A DNA stretch of 64,000 nt from Hemiscyllium ocellatum (lineage: Eukaryota), in NCBI RefSeq assembly GCF_020745735.1, contig NC_083409.1, forward strand, positions 15,719,873 through 15,783,872. The letters run 5' to 3'. Below are positions 48,236 through 61,989 of the stretch, piece by piece. The position numbers and the translations under genes were made by a program. The stretch's first letter is position 1; each line of letters begins with the position of its first letter. Under the pieces are notes generated by a model. The model saw only the letters and a list, made by a program, of their open reading frames with translations. It was not told the origin of the DNA and ran no database searches.

Positions 48236-48826
48236 CAATGGCCATTGGTATTATCGCTGGACTATTAATCCAGAAACTCAGCTAATGTTCTGGGAACCTG
48301 GGTTCAAATCCTGCCATGGCAGACAGTGGAATTTGAATTCAAGAATGGTTCTGGAATTAAGAAGCTATTGGTGATATTAATCCATTGTTGATTGTGGAGA
48401 ATACTCATTCAGTTCACTAATAACCTTTAGAGGAGAAAATCTGTCATCCTTACCCAGCCTTAAATGTGACTCCAGACACACAGCAATGGGTGGTATTGTG
48501 ACTTAGTAGTTAGCACTGCTGCCTCTCAGTGCCAGGATCCCGAGTTTAATTCATTCTAGGGCGACCGTCTGTGTGGAGTTTGCACGTTCACCTGATTTCT
48601 ACAGGTGCTTTGGTTTCCTCCCACAATTTAAAGATGTGCAAGCTAGATGGATTGGTCATGCTAAATTACCCATAGTGTTCAGGGATGTGTAGATTAGGTG
48701 CATTAACCATGGGAGATGCAGGGATAAAGGGATACATCTGAATGGGATGCTCCTCAGAATGTTGGTGTAGACTCATGGGGTTGAATGGCCTGTTTCACAC
48801 TGTATGGAACCTATGATTCTATGATT
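48236..48826 (+). mobile_element. Two adjacent or nested tRNA-derived SINEs of different families (junction ~48488)
   Basis: First head: ggtattatcgctggacta...ggttcaaatcc. Second head: tagtagttagcactgctgcc, with a (CTATGATT)n tail. Confidence 0.7.
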
Positions 48827-48899
48827 TCATGTGGTTGTCTGTTAACTGCCCTATGGGCAGGAAATGCTGGCTTGGCCAGAGATGCCCATATCCTATGAA

Positions 48900-51075
48900 T
48901 GAATGAAAGAAAACCACTGCACCGTGGGCCAGGAGGCCATTCAGGCTGGGGGACCACAAAGGAAAGAGGGGGATTTGATAATGAGGGGCACTGATAGCAT
49001 CCTTTGTGAACAGGATTGAGTGTCCTGCATGGTGTGTTGCCTGCCTGGTGCCAAGATAAGGGGCATCTCGAACCGGCTTGAAAGTATAATGGAGTGCGGG
49101 GGTGGGGGAAATGGGGGAGGATCTAGTTGTTGTGTGTGTTGGGACCAACAACCTAAGTGAAAATTGGCAAAAGGTCATATTTGGGCAATATCAGGAAAGC
49201 TATCAGAAGAGAGAAGTAAGAAAGAGGTGAATACAGCATCAGTGCTGAGGAACAGATTCCAGTGAATGGACCAAATAAGAGTTTGAAATATACGAATGCA
49301 CTGAGTGTAAGGAATATATTCAATAATCTGCACGCACAAATTCAAATTAAAGATTTTGCTATAGGATCAATTACTGAGACATATTTACAGAATCGTTAGG
49401 ATTGGGAACTAAATTTATCCGGTTAGAAGGTTCACAGGATGGACATGGGGAAATGACAGAAGAGGTGGAGCAGCTATATTGATTAGAAACACAAAGACTT
49501 CAATGGTGAGGGAGGTTATAATGAGGGGAAAGCATTCAGTGCAACTGAGGACCAGAAAGGGATCTAAAACTGTCATAAATATTGTGTGCATCCCACCACC
49601 CCCCACCCCCCAGACACACACACACTCCGCCAACAGCAGCTCTGAGGTGCTGGATTGTAATATATACAAAAATTAGACAAGTGTGTAGCAAAGCCAGTGT
49701 ATTATTAATGGGGAAGTTTAACTTTAACTTAGATTGGGAGACAGACAAGCCCTCTGTCAGAAAGATAGTGAATTGCTGCTGAATAGTTTCCAACAGCAAT
49801 AGGTCCTGGATACAACAAGGGGACAAGCAATATTGGAATTAGTAATGAATAATGAGCCAGATTTAGTTCGTAACTATTTGTGCATGAATATTTATCAAAT
49901 AGTGATCATAACATGATCGAGTTCAGTGTCGCATTTGAAAGTAAAAAGCATGAATCAGCTGCTAGAGTTTGAGATTAAGGTAAGGGCCGACTTTAATGAG
50001 ATGCGACAGAGACTGTCCACAGTAATCTGGGAAAATCTGCTCATGGATAAAACAACTGAAGAACAGTGGGGAATATTTAAAGGAACATTCAACTCAAAAC
50101 AAAGCCAGTTTATACCTGAGAGGGAAAAGGTCCACTTCTTAGAACAAACAACAAAGGACAATTAAAGAGATAAGGAAAAGACAAGGGTTTACAATAAAGC
50201 AAATAAAATAACAGGTTCTGCTGAATGGGAAAGATACAAAGGGCCACAATGTAGCTAAGAGCCACCAAAAGGGATGCTGAAAGGGAACATATAAGGGAAA
50301 TCAAAATCAATAAGGAGAAATGCTACAGTTCCATAAAAGGGAAGCTGGGAGGTCAGGAGCAATGTTGGCCATTTTAAAACTGAAAGTGAGGGATCTTGTC
50401 AGTGACAATGGGGAGATGACAGCCATGTTAAATAAATACTTTACCTCAAGATTTGCAGTAGAAAAGGAAAAGGATTTGCCTGAATTCCCAAAGGAAATAA
50501 CAGAGGATCAGGCACAGGGATTGAATAAAATTTCATGTCAGTAAAATATCCATAATGAGGAAATTAATCGAACTAAAGAGTGACAAATTCTCAGAACCTA
50601 GGTTTCCATCTGAGGGTGATAAAGGTAGTAACAGATCACAGCGTAGACACCCTGACTATAATCTTTCAGAATGATTCCTGAAGAAGGGCTCAAGCCCGAA
50701 ACATCGATTCTCCTGCTCCTTGGATGCTGCCTGACCTGCTGTGCTTAACCAGCAACACATTTTCAGCTATAATCTTTCAGAGTTCCCTGGATACAGCAGT
50801 CATACCTCTGGATTGGAAAATTGCAAATATCACCTCACATTTAACAAGGATGTGAGAGAAAAACCAGGAAATTACAGGTCATTAAGCCAATATTTGTGGT
50901 GTGGAAATTGTTGTAGTCTATAATCAAGGATTGGGGGTAACTGAAGACCTTGAAAATGGTCAGTTAACCAGGGAGAGCATGGATTCATGACAAGTTGGTC
51001 ACGCTGAAAAAATCTCATTGAACATTTTTGAAGAGGATACAAAAGTCTTGGACACAGTAATGTCAATGGATGTTG
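48900..51075 (+). mobile_element. Old degenerate CR1 (end of ORF1, EN, start of RT)
   Basis: Decayed CCLPGA, VGTNNL, GKFNF.LDW, AILELV and SDHN-like segments. Confidence 0.75.
50673..50710 (+). ncRNA. Minimal type I hammerhead ribozyme motif in a short Penelope-derived insertion
   Basis: GAUUC-CUGAAGA-A-GGGC UCAA GCCC-GAAA-C-AUC-GAUUC: perfect stem II and intact core. The triplet is AUC, probably from GUC by CpG decay. Confidence 0.65.
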
Positions 51076-51429
51076 TTTACAGGGGCTTCCCTCTCTGCCC
51101 CACCTACCCCCCCCCCCCCGCAGTACTCCAGGTGTGGCCTCACCAACACCCTGTACAGCTGCAACATAACCTTCCCGCTTTTTAAACTCAATCCCTTTAG
51201 CAATGAAGGACAAAATTCCATTTGCCTTCCTAATTGTTTGTTGTACCTGTAACCAACCCTCTGTGATTCATGCATAAGGATACTCAAGGCACATGCCTTT
51301 CATTGTGTATATCCTTCCCTTATTAGACCTCCCAAGTTAGATCACCTCAGAGGTATCAGGATTAAATTACATCTGCCATTGCTCTGCCCAAGTTACCAGC
51401 TGACCAATATCAGACTGTAGCCTGAGACC

Positions 51430-52195
51430 CGGTAATCCAAGATGGCAGCAGAGTAGGATGCTTCAGCCCGAGTTCATCTGCTTCGTCTGTTTCCTTTTCT
51501 TCTTTCTATTCCACTTCTCTTTTCCTTTTCTTTTGTGTTTTTCTTTTGTTCTTCTCCCTTATTTCTTCTCCTGGGCACCGACTCCCAGCCTCAGTCGCCA
51601 GGCCTCTGACCAAGTGCAGACCTAATGATGTGGCCTCCTGGCTTGGTGTGGCAGTGTCCTGGCCTGGCAGGGAGATCTTCCAGCCCAACAAGACAGACTC
51701 TTGGTCCAACATGATGGCCTCTCAGTTCAATGTGGTGGCCTCTCAGCCCAGCATGCTAGACTGTCAGCCCAGCGCGATGGTCACTCGGCCTAGTGTAGCG
51801 ATTTCTGAGTGGCCCAGAGTGGGTGTCTCTCAGCCCACATAGTGGTCCTTTCTGTATATGGTGGCCTCTCCACCAGGGAAGGCCTCAGCCAGGACTTCTG
51901 GACTCGAGATGATTACTTAAAGTATGATCCCATGGTTGCTAAGTTCTAAAGAAAGGCTATAATTCTTGAACTTTCAGCTTTATTTCTTCATTTTCTACTT
52001 AAAACTAAAAAGATCTGCAACGTGTAACTTTGAACTTTATTCTTTCTTTCTACCTTGTTCTTACGATTCTGTACTGAGGTCCTTGTACCTAAGATGGCAC
52101 CTTGTGAGGTGACGTTACACACTTTTCACTGTACTCCAATACTTTTGCACTCGAGTACATGTGACAATAAACTAAAATAAAAATCAAATCAATAT
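51430..52195 (+). mobile_element. Possible internally deleted Rex1/Babar-like element
   Basis: caagatggc 5' motif, and a 3' end acttttcactgtac...gtacatgtgacaataaa with an (AAATC)n tail, resembling Rex1-type ends. There is no coding remnant to confirm it. Confidence 0.4.
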
Positions 52196-52419
52196 CAATA
52201 ACACCACCAATTTATGTGGCCTCTGAAAACTTTCTAATTATACAATCACAGTCAATTTGTTAATGTACATTACAAACAGCAAGGGTCCCAGCCCCAATCC
52301 CTGCCTAAAACCACTGGTCACAGGCTTCCAATCACAAAGACAACCCTCCACCATCACTCTTTGCCTCATATTTGGATCCAATTTGCCAAAATGCCTTGGA
52401 TCCCATGGGCTCTGACCAT

Positions 52420-55400
52420 AACTTCAGGAAAGGCCAGAGAGGTGCAGGTGTCTTCTGTGGCTATTCCCATTTCAAACAAGTATGCTGCTTTGGAAAATGT
52501 AGGGAGTGATGGAAACTCAGGGGTACTGAGCATGAGCAGCCAAGTTCCTGGTATTGACACTGGCTCTAATGTAATGGGACGTACGTCGGGTTCCAAATGA
52601 TCGACTGTGTTAGGGGACTCTCGAGCCCGAGGAACAGAAGACGTTTCTGTGGCCAGCAGTGAAAAATCAGAATGGTGTGTTGCTTCCCTGGTGCCAGGAT
52701 CAAGGATGTCTCAGGGAAGGTGCAGAATGTTCTTAAGGTGGAGAGGGACCAGCAGGAGGCCATTGTACACTTTGGAACCAACGACATAGGAAGGGAAAAG
52801 GTTGAGATTCTGAAGGGAGATTGCAGAGAGTTAGGCAGGAATTTAAAAAGGAGATCCTCGAGAGTAGTAATATCTAAATTACCCCCAGTGCTATGAGCTA
52901 GTGAGGGCAGGAATAGGAGGATAGAGCAGATGAATGCATGGCTAAGGAGCTGGTGTATGGGAGAAGGATTCACATTTTTGGATCTTTGGAAGCTGTTTTG
53001 AGGTAGAAGTGACCTGTACAAGAAGGACAGATTGCATCTAAATTGGAAGGGGACTAATATACTGGCAGGGAGATTTGCTAGAGCTGCTCGGCAGGATTTA
53101 AACTAGTAAGATGGGTGGGAGGGACCCAGGGAGATAGTGAGGAAAGATTTCAATCTAAGATTGGTACAGTTGAGAACAAAGGCAAGTCAAACAGTCAGGG
53201 CAGGCAGGGACAAAGCAGAGAACAAGGTAAGACTGATAAATTAAACTGCATTTATTTCAGTGCAAGAGGCCTAACAGGGAAGGAAGATGAACATAGGGCG
53301 CGGTTAGGAACATGGGACTGGGATAGCATAGCAATTACAGAAACATGGCTCGGGGATAGACAGGACTGGCTGTTTCATGTTCTAGGATACAAATGCTACG
53401 GGAAGGACAGAAAGGGAGGCAAGAGAGGAGGGGGAGTGGCATTTTTGATAAGGGATAGCATTACAGCAGTACTTAGGGAGGATATTCCCAGAAATACATC
53501 CAGGGAAGTTATTTGGGTGGAACTGAGAAAAAAGAAGGGGATAATCACCTTCTTGGGATTATATTATAGCCCCCCTCCAGTAGTCAGCGGGAAATTGAGA
53601 AATAGATTTTTAAGGAGATTTCAGTTATCAGTAAGAATAATGGGGTGGTTATAGTAGGGGATTTTAACTTTCCAAACATAGACTGGGACTGCCATAGTGT
53701 TAAGAATTTAGATGGAGAGGAATATGTTAAGTGTGTACAAGACAATTTTCTGATTCAGTATGTGGATGTACCTCCTAGAGAAGGTGCAAAGCTCGACCTA
53801 CTCTTGGAAATAAGGCAGGGCAGGTGACTGAGGTGCAAGTGGAGGAGCACTTTTGGTCAGCGACCATAATTCTATTCATTTTAAAATAGTGATGGAAAAG
53901 GATAGACCAGATCCAGAAGTTGAAGTTCTAAATTGGAGGAAGGCTAATTTTGCCAGTATCAGGCACGGTGGCACAGTGGTTAACACTGCTGCCTCACAGT
54001 GCCAGTGCCCCGGGTTCAATTCCCACCTCAGGCAACTGTCTGTGTGCAGTTTGCACATACTCCCCATGTCAGCGTGGGTTTCCTCCCCAGTCTAAAAAAG
54101 TGCAGGTTAGGTGAATTGGCCATGCTAAATTGTCCATAGTGTTAGGTGAAGGGATAAACATAGGGGAATGGGTCTGGGTGGGTTGCTCTTCGGAGGGTCC
54201 GTCTGGACTTGTTGGGCTGAAGGGCCTGTTTCCACACTAAGTAATCTAATCTAAAACTCTGAAAAGCTGATTGGGGGAAGTTGCTCACAGGTAAAGGGAC
54301 AGCTGGAAAATGAGAAGCCTTCAGAAATGAGATAACTTGAGTCCAGAGAAAGTATATTTTAGTTCGGGTGAAAGGAAAGGCTGGTAGGTGTAGGGAATAT
54401 TGGATGACAAGAAACATTGAGGGTTTGGTTAAGAAAAAGAATGGAGCATATGTCAGGTATAGACAGGATAGATCGAGTGAATCCTGAGAGGTATACAAAG
54501 GCAGTAGGAGTATTCTTAAGAGGGAAATCAGGAGGGCAACAAGGGGACATGAGAATGTTTTGGCAAATAAGGTTAAGGAGAATCCAGAGGGATTTTACGA
54601 ATACATTAAGGACAAGAGAGTAACTAAGGAGAGAATAGGGCCCCTCAAAGATCAGCAAGGCGACCTTTGTGTGGAGCCGCAGGAGATGGGGCAGATACTA
54701 AACGAGTATTTTGCTTCTGTTTAACTGTGGAGAAGGATATTGAAGATATAGAACGTAAAGTAATAGATGGTGACATCTTGAAAAATGTTCATATTTCAGA
54801 CGAGGAGGTGCTAGATGTCTTGAAATGCATAAAAGTGGATAAATCCCCAGGACCTAATTAGGTGTACCCTAGGACTCTGTGGGAAGCTAGGGAAGTGATT
54901 GCTGGGCCTCTTACTGTGATATTTGTATCCTCAATAGTCACAGATGATGTGCCAGAAGACTGGAGGTTCACTAATTGGTGCCACTATTTAAGAAAGGTGG
55001 TAAGGACAAGTCAGGGAATTGTAGACCAATGAGCCGGAATCCTGAGGGACAAATTGTCCATACATTTGGAAAGGCAAAGACTGATTAGGGTTGGGCAGCA
55101 TGGTTTTGTGTGTGGGAAATCATGTCTCACAAACTTGATTGAATCTTTTGAAGAAGTAACAGAAAGAATTGATAAGGGCAGAGCATTAGACAGGATCTGA
55201 ATGGACTTCAATAAGGCATTCGACAAGGTTCCCCATGGGAGACAGGTTAGCAAGGTTAGATCTCATGGAATACAGGAGAACTAGCCATTTGGATACAGAA
55301 CTGGCTCAAAGGTAGAATACAGAGGGTGGTAGTGGAGGGATGTTTTTCAGATTGGAGGCCTGTGGCCAGTGGATTGTCATAAGGATTGATGCTGGGTCAA

Positions 55401-56345
55401 CTACTTTTTGTCATTTACATAAATGATTTGGATATGAACATAGGCGGTAGAGTTAGTAAGTTTGCAAATGACATGAAAATTGGAGGTGAAGTGGACAGTG
55501 AAGAAGGTTACGTCAGATTACAATAGGATCTTGATCCAATGGGCAATTGAGCTGAGGAATGGCAGATGGAATTTAATTTAGATAAATGTAAGGTGTTGCA
55601 TTTGGGAAAGCAAATCTGAGCAGGACTTATACTCTTAATAGTAAGGTCCTCGGGAGTGTTGCTGAACAAAGAGACTTTAGAGTGCATGTTCATAGCTCCT
55701 TGAAAGTAGAGTAGTAGTTGGATAGGATAATGAAGAAGACATTCGATATGCTTTCCTTTAATGGTCAGATTATTGAGTATAGGAATTGGGAGGTCACCTA
55801 GGCCACTTTTGAAGTATTGCATTCAATTCTGGTCTCCTTCCTATCAGAAAGATGTTGTGAAACTTGAAAGGGTTCAGAAAAGATATAAAAGGATGTTACC
55901 AGGGTTGGAGGATTTAAGCTATAGGGAGAGGTTAAATAGGCTGGGGATATTTCCCCTGGAGTGTCGGAGGCTGAGGAGTGACCTTACAGAGGTTTATGAA
56001 ATCATGAGGGGCATGGATAGGGCAAAGAGACCAAGTCTTTTCCCTGGGGTGGTGGAGTCCAGTAATAGAGGGCGTAGGTTTAGGGTAAGAGGGGAAAGAT
56101 ATAAAAGAGACTTGAGGAGCAACTTTTTCATGCACAAGGTGGTGAGAGCAGAGGAAGTGGTAGAGGCTGGTACAATTGCAACATTTAAAAGGCATCTGAA
56201 TGGGTATATGAATTGGAAGGGTTTGGAGGGATCTGGGCCAGGAGTTGGCAGGTGGGACTAGATTGGTTTGGGATGTCTGGTCAGCATGGACAAGTTGGAC
56301 CGAAGGGTCTGTTTCCATTCTGAATATCTCTTTGACTCTGTGACT
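52420..56345 (+). mobile_element. Near full-length degenerate CR1 (esterase ORF1 and ORF2), interrupted by a SINE at 53962-54256
   Basis: ORFs 52672..52896 (CCFPGARIKDV...HFGTNDIG), 53115..53654, 53645..53827 and 55761..56261; GACTCT-type tail. Confidence 0.9.
53962..54256 (+). mobile_element. tRNA-derived shark SINE (HE1-like)
   Basis: ggcacggtggcacagtggtt head, ggttcaattcc box and (TAATC)n tail. Confidence 0.88.
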
Positions 56346-57220
56346 CTAGGAGGAGGCTGTTCAGCCCGTCATGTCAGTGCTAGCTGTTTACTAACCTCAC
56401 TCACAATGAACATCTCCGTTGAATGTCTATTGTTGGGAAGTAATTGAATCTGGTTTAGAGACAGAATGTCTGACAAATATGAACAGATCAGAGTAAGTCA
56501 GCATGGATTTAAAAAGGGTCAGACATTTTTAACTAACCTGGTTACATGTTTTAACGAGGTCACTAATGTGGGAGATAAGGGAATGTGTTGTTTATATGGA
56601 CGTCCAGATGACATTCAAGGAAGTTTCACATAAGTGTTATAATGTTATCGTTGGAACAAAGAGATGACAGATAAACATATTCTGGATCTTGCTGCACAAA
56701 TGAATTCTCAAATAAATCTCAGACATGTTGGTGAACTTGGGGTTTTATCAGAGGAATGAGCTGAAGGAAATCAGTTGTTGAGGAAAATGGTTCTGGGAAA
56801 ATTAAAGTGTGTTAAATCAGCAGGGCCAAATAATCTATTTTCAGGAGTGCTTCAGGAAGTGGGTTGTAAAATATTAGAAACATTGATGGTTATCTGTTTG
56901 TCGACTGTGGAATAGGTCAAACAGAGTGGAGGGAGCTAATTTAACACGATTATTGAAAGAGAGAGAGAGAGATAGAGAGGGGGAAAATCAAACATTTTAG
57001 ACCAATTAGCTAGAAATCAGCAGTGGAGAAAATGCTCAAGTTCATTACAAAATATTTGATAGCTTAGCACTTTGAAAACAGTGACAGAACTGGAGATAGT
57101 AAGCATGAATTTTCGAAAGGGAAATCATGCTTAAAAAATTGACTGGAATTGTTTGAGGATGTAGTGAGTGGATTTGATAAGGGGGGGCCATGGATATGGT
57201 TTGTTTGGACTTTGTAAAGG

Positions 57221-60200
57221 GAGTAGATCGGCGGTTCTGTGGTCAAAGACAAGACTCACGAATAGCATGTTGCCTCCCAGCTGTACGGCTCAGGGATGTC
57301 TCAGATCGGCTACAGGACATTCTGAAGGGGGAGGTAAACAGCTAACTGTGACTGTTCATGTAGGCACCGATGATATTGGTAATAAATGGGATGAGGTTCC
57401 GACAAGCAGAATTTAGGGAGTTAGGAACCATATTAAAATGTAGGATCTCAGAGGTAGTAATCTCAGGATTGCTCCCAGTGCCATGTGCTAGTCAGAGTCG
57501 AAATGAAAGTATAGGCAGGATGAATGCGTGGCCTGAGAGATGGTGCAGGAGGGAGGGGTTCAGATTTTTGGGACATTGGGACTGGTTCCTGGGGAGGTGG
57601 GACAATTACAAATCGAGTGGTCTACACCTGGGCAGGACTGAAACCAGTGTCCTGTGGGATATGTTTGATCACGTTCAAAATAGTGTAGCAGAGGGATGGG
57701 AACCAAATGAGGAAGTTAATGGACAATAAGGAGGGAGTAACTAAAGCCTGTCAGGAACTAGATATTGAAGTTAGCGTGACTAAGGTTAAGAGTAGGTCGG
57801 GGGCAGATGATGAAAGCAAAGGGACAGATGGTCTGAGGTGTATTGTTTTAATGTGAGAAGTGTAGTAGGTAAGGCAGAGGAATTTTGGGCTTGGATTAGT
57901 ATCTGGGAGTATGATGTTATTGCTATTACTGAGACGTGGTTGAGGGAAGGGCAAGATTGGCAACTAAATATCCCAGGATACAGATGTATCCGATGGGTTT
58001 GAGAGGGAGGTAAAAGGGATGGAGGAGTTGCATTATTGGTCAGAGTGGTTATCATAGGTGTGCTGAAGGAGGGCACTATGGAGGACTCGAGCAGTGGGGC
58101 AATATGGGCAGAGCTCAGAAACAGGAAGGGTGCAGTAACAATGTCGGTGCTATCCTACAAGGCTCTAAGAGTGAACGTGGGATAGAGGTACAAATATGTA
58201 AACAGATTATGGAAAGATGTAGGAGTAACAAGGTGGTGGTGATGGAAGATTTTAATTTTCCCAACATTGACTGGGATTCACTCAATGTTAGAAGTTAAGA
58301 TGGAGCAGAATTTGTAAGGAGCATCCAGGAGGATTTTACAGAGTAATGTGGAAATAATCTAACTCAGGAAGGGGCCAGGTATTGGGGAATGAGCCCGGCC
58401 AGGTGGTTGAAATTTCACTAGGGGATTATTTTGGTAACAGTGACCACAATTCCATAAGTTTTAGAATACTCATGGACAAAGACGAGAGTGCTCCGAAAGG
58501 AAGATGGCTAAACTGGGGGAAGGCCAACTATAGCAAAATTTGGCAGGAGCTGGGGAATGTGGATTGGGAATAGCTGTTTAAAGGGAAATCCATATTTGAT
58601 ATGTGGGAGGCTTTTAAAGAGAGTCAGGGCAGACATGTCCCTGTGAAAATAAGGGATTGAAATGGCAGGATTAGGGAACGCTGGATGATAGATGAAATTG
58701 TGAGCATAGCTAAGAGGAAAAAGGATGCATACATATGGTCGAGGTAGCTGAAAACAGGCAAAGCTTTGGAAGAATATCGTGAAAGTAGGACCAATCTGAA
58801 GTGAGGAATTAAAAGGGCTAAAAGGGGTCACAAAATATCATTAACAAATAGGATTAAGGAAAATCCCAAATCCTTTTATTCATATATAAGGAGCAAGAGG
58901 GTGACTAGAGAAAGGGTTGGCCCACTCAAGGAAAAAGGAGGAAAGTTATGTGTGGAGTCAGAGAAAATTGATGAGATTCTTAATGAGTGCTTTACGTCGG
59001 TATTCACCAAGGAGGGGGAAATGACAGATGTTGAAGTTGGGGATAGATGTTTGTTTATTCAGGGTCAAGTAGGTTTAAGGAGGGAGGAAGTGTTGGGTAT
59101 TTTAAAAGGCATCCAGGTGGACAAGTCCCCAGGTCGGGATGGGATTGATCCCAGGTTACTGAGGGAAGCAAGAGAGGAAATAGCTGGGGCCTTAATCAAT
59201 ATCTTTGTAGCAACTTTGAACATGGATGAGGTCCCAGAGGACTGGAGAATTGCTAATGTTTAAAGAAGGGTAGCCAGGATAATCCAGGCAACTATCAACC
59301 AGTGAGCCTGATGTAGTGGTAGGGAACCTGCTGGAGAAGATACTGAGGGATAAGATCTATTTACATTTGGAAGAAAATTGACTTATTAGTTATAGGCAGC
59401 ATGAATTTGTGCAGGGAATGTCATGTCTTACCATCTTTATAGAATTTTTTGAAGAAGTGATGAAGTTGATTGATGAGGGAGGGCTATGGATGTCATACAC
59501 ATGGATTTCAGGAATGCGTTTGATAAAGTTCCCCATGGCAGCCTGATAAAGAAATTTAAGTCGCATAGGGTCCAGAGTGTACTCACTAGATGGATAGAGA
59601 ACAGGCTGGGCAACAGAAGACAGACGGTAGTAATGGAAGGAGTTTCTCAAAATGGAGAACAGGAATCTGTGCTGGTACCGCTCTTGTTTATGATATACAT
59701 AAATGATCTGGAGGAAGGTATAGGTGGACTGATTAGCAAGTTTGCAGATGACTCTAAGATTGGTGGAGTAGCAGATATTGAAAGGGACCGTCAAAGAATG
59801 TAGCAGAATATAGACAGATTGGAGAGTTGGGCAGAGAAACGGACGGATGGAGTTCAAACCAGGCAAATGCGATCTGAAGAAATTTGGAAGATCCAAATCT
59901 GGAGTAAACTGTACGGTGAATGGAACACCCTGGGAAAATTGATGCCCAGAGAGACCTGGGTGTTCAGGTCCATTGTACCCTGGAGGTGGCAACACAGGTC
60001 GACAGAGTGGTCAAGAAGGCATATGGCATACCTTCCTTCACCAGACGTGGTATTCAGCACAAGAGTTGGAAGGTCATATTAGAATTATATCAGATTTTGG
60101 CCTGGCCACATTTGGAATACTGCGTACAGTTCTGGTTGCCACATTACCAGAAAGATGTGGATGCTTTGGAGAGGGTGCAGAGGAGTTTCACCAGGATTGC

Positions 60201-60660
60201 CTGGTATGGAGGGTGCTAGCTATGAAGAGAGGTTTAGTAGATTAGGATTATTTTCATTAGAAAGTCGAACGTTGCGGGGGGAACCTGATTGGGGTCTACA
60301 AAATCATGAGAGATATAGACAGGGTGGATAGCAAGAAGCCTTTTTCCCAGAGTGGGGGACTCAATTACTCTGGGTCATGAGTTCAAAGTGAGAATGGAAA
60401 CATTTAAGGGAGATATGTATGGAAAGTTCTTCACACAGAGAGTGATTGGTCCTGGAACACGTTGCCAGTGGAGGTGGTAGAGGCAGGTACAATAGCATCA
60501 TTTAAGATATATCTAGATAGATACATGGATGGGGAGGGAGCAAAGGGAGACAGACCATTGGGAAATTGATGACAGGTTTAGATGGAGGATATGGACCAGT
60601 GCAGTCTAGTAGGGCCGAAGGGCCAGTTCTTGTGCTGTAATTTTCATTGCTCTTTGGTCT
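57221..60660 (+). mobile_element. Near full-length degenerate CR1
   Basis: ORF1 remnant (HVGTDDIG), EN (MEDFNFPNIDW, GNSDHN) and RT (MDFRNAFDKVPH, SKFADDSKIGG). Confidence 0.9.
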
Positions 60661-60689
60661 TTGAACTGAGGAAGCTCAAAGGAACAGCG

Positions 60690-61950
60690 TGATCTTGGGG
60701 TGCTTCTCCACTGATCCCTGAATATGGTAAGACAGGTTAACAGAGCAGTTATGAAGGCATAGGGGACACTTGCCTTTGTCATGTCAGGTATCGGTTATAA
60801 AAGCAGGAGGAGATGTGGCAGTTAAGCAGAACATTGGTGAGGCCACAGCTGGAGTACTGTGTGCAGTTCAGGTCACCACACTGTAGGAAGGATGTGATTG
60901 CACTGGATGGGGTGCAGAGGGGAATCACCAGGATGTTGTGTGGGATGGAACCTCTCAGTGATGAAGAGAAATTGGATTAGCTCGGGTTGTTTTCTTCAGA
61001 GCAGAGAAGGTGGAGGGGGGATCTGATAGAGGTGTATAAGGTTATGAGGGGATTGGACAGGGAGGAGAGAAAGCAGCTGTTCTCCTTCTTGGGAGGGTCA
61101 ATAACAAGTTGGCTCACATTCAATGTCAAAGATAGGAGGTTTCAAGACGTTTTGAGAAAAGTGTTTTTTACCCAGAGGGTGGTGGGGGTCTGGAACGCAC
61201 ATCCTGGGAGGGTAGTTGACGTGGGAAACCTCACAAACTTTAAAAAGTAGTTGGGTGAGCAGTTGAAATATCAGAACATTCAAGCTATGGGCCTGATGTT
61301 GGAAAGTGGGACTGGTGTAGGTTTACTGTAGTTTGGCTAGTACACAGTTAATGGGCTGAAGGGCCTCTTCTATACTGTGTGATTTTATGTTTCTGTTGTG
61401 TGCAGTTTTGGTCTCCTTACCTGAGGAAGGATGTTCTGGTTGTGGAGGGAGGGCAGCGAAGGTTTACCAGACTGATTCCTGGGAGGACAGCACTTAGATC
61501 TGATGAGAAACTGGATCAGTTAGGATTATATTCACTGGAGTTTAGAAATTTGAGAGGAATCACATTGAAACCTGTAAAATCCTAACAGGACAAGACCAGA
61601 AAACACAGGAATTATGTTCATGATGACTGGAGAATCCAGAACCAGGAATTACAGTTTAAAGAAAATGGAAAGGCCATTTCGGACTGAGATAAGGAACAGT
61701 TCTTTAGCCAGAGAGTGGGAAGCTGGTGGAATATTCTGTCACAGAAAGCAGTTGAGCTCAAAACATTAAATGTTTTCAAGAAAGCGACAGGTATAGATCT
61801 TAGGACTAAAGGGATTAAAGGTTATGGAGAAAAAATGGGAACAGGAGACTAAGTTGGATGATCAGTCATGGTCATATTGACTGGCAGAGCTGACTCGAAG
61901 GGCTGAATGGCCTCCTCCTGCTCCTAGTTCCTCTGTTTCTATGTTTGAGA
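60690..61950 (+). mobile_element. Two tandem CR1 3' fragments
   Basis: ORFs 60987..61250 and 61379..61585 are CR1 ORF2 C-termini. Confidence 0.85.
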
Positions 61951-61989
61951 GACTGTTCATAAACATGGAAACATGTGGAATTGTAGAGT

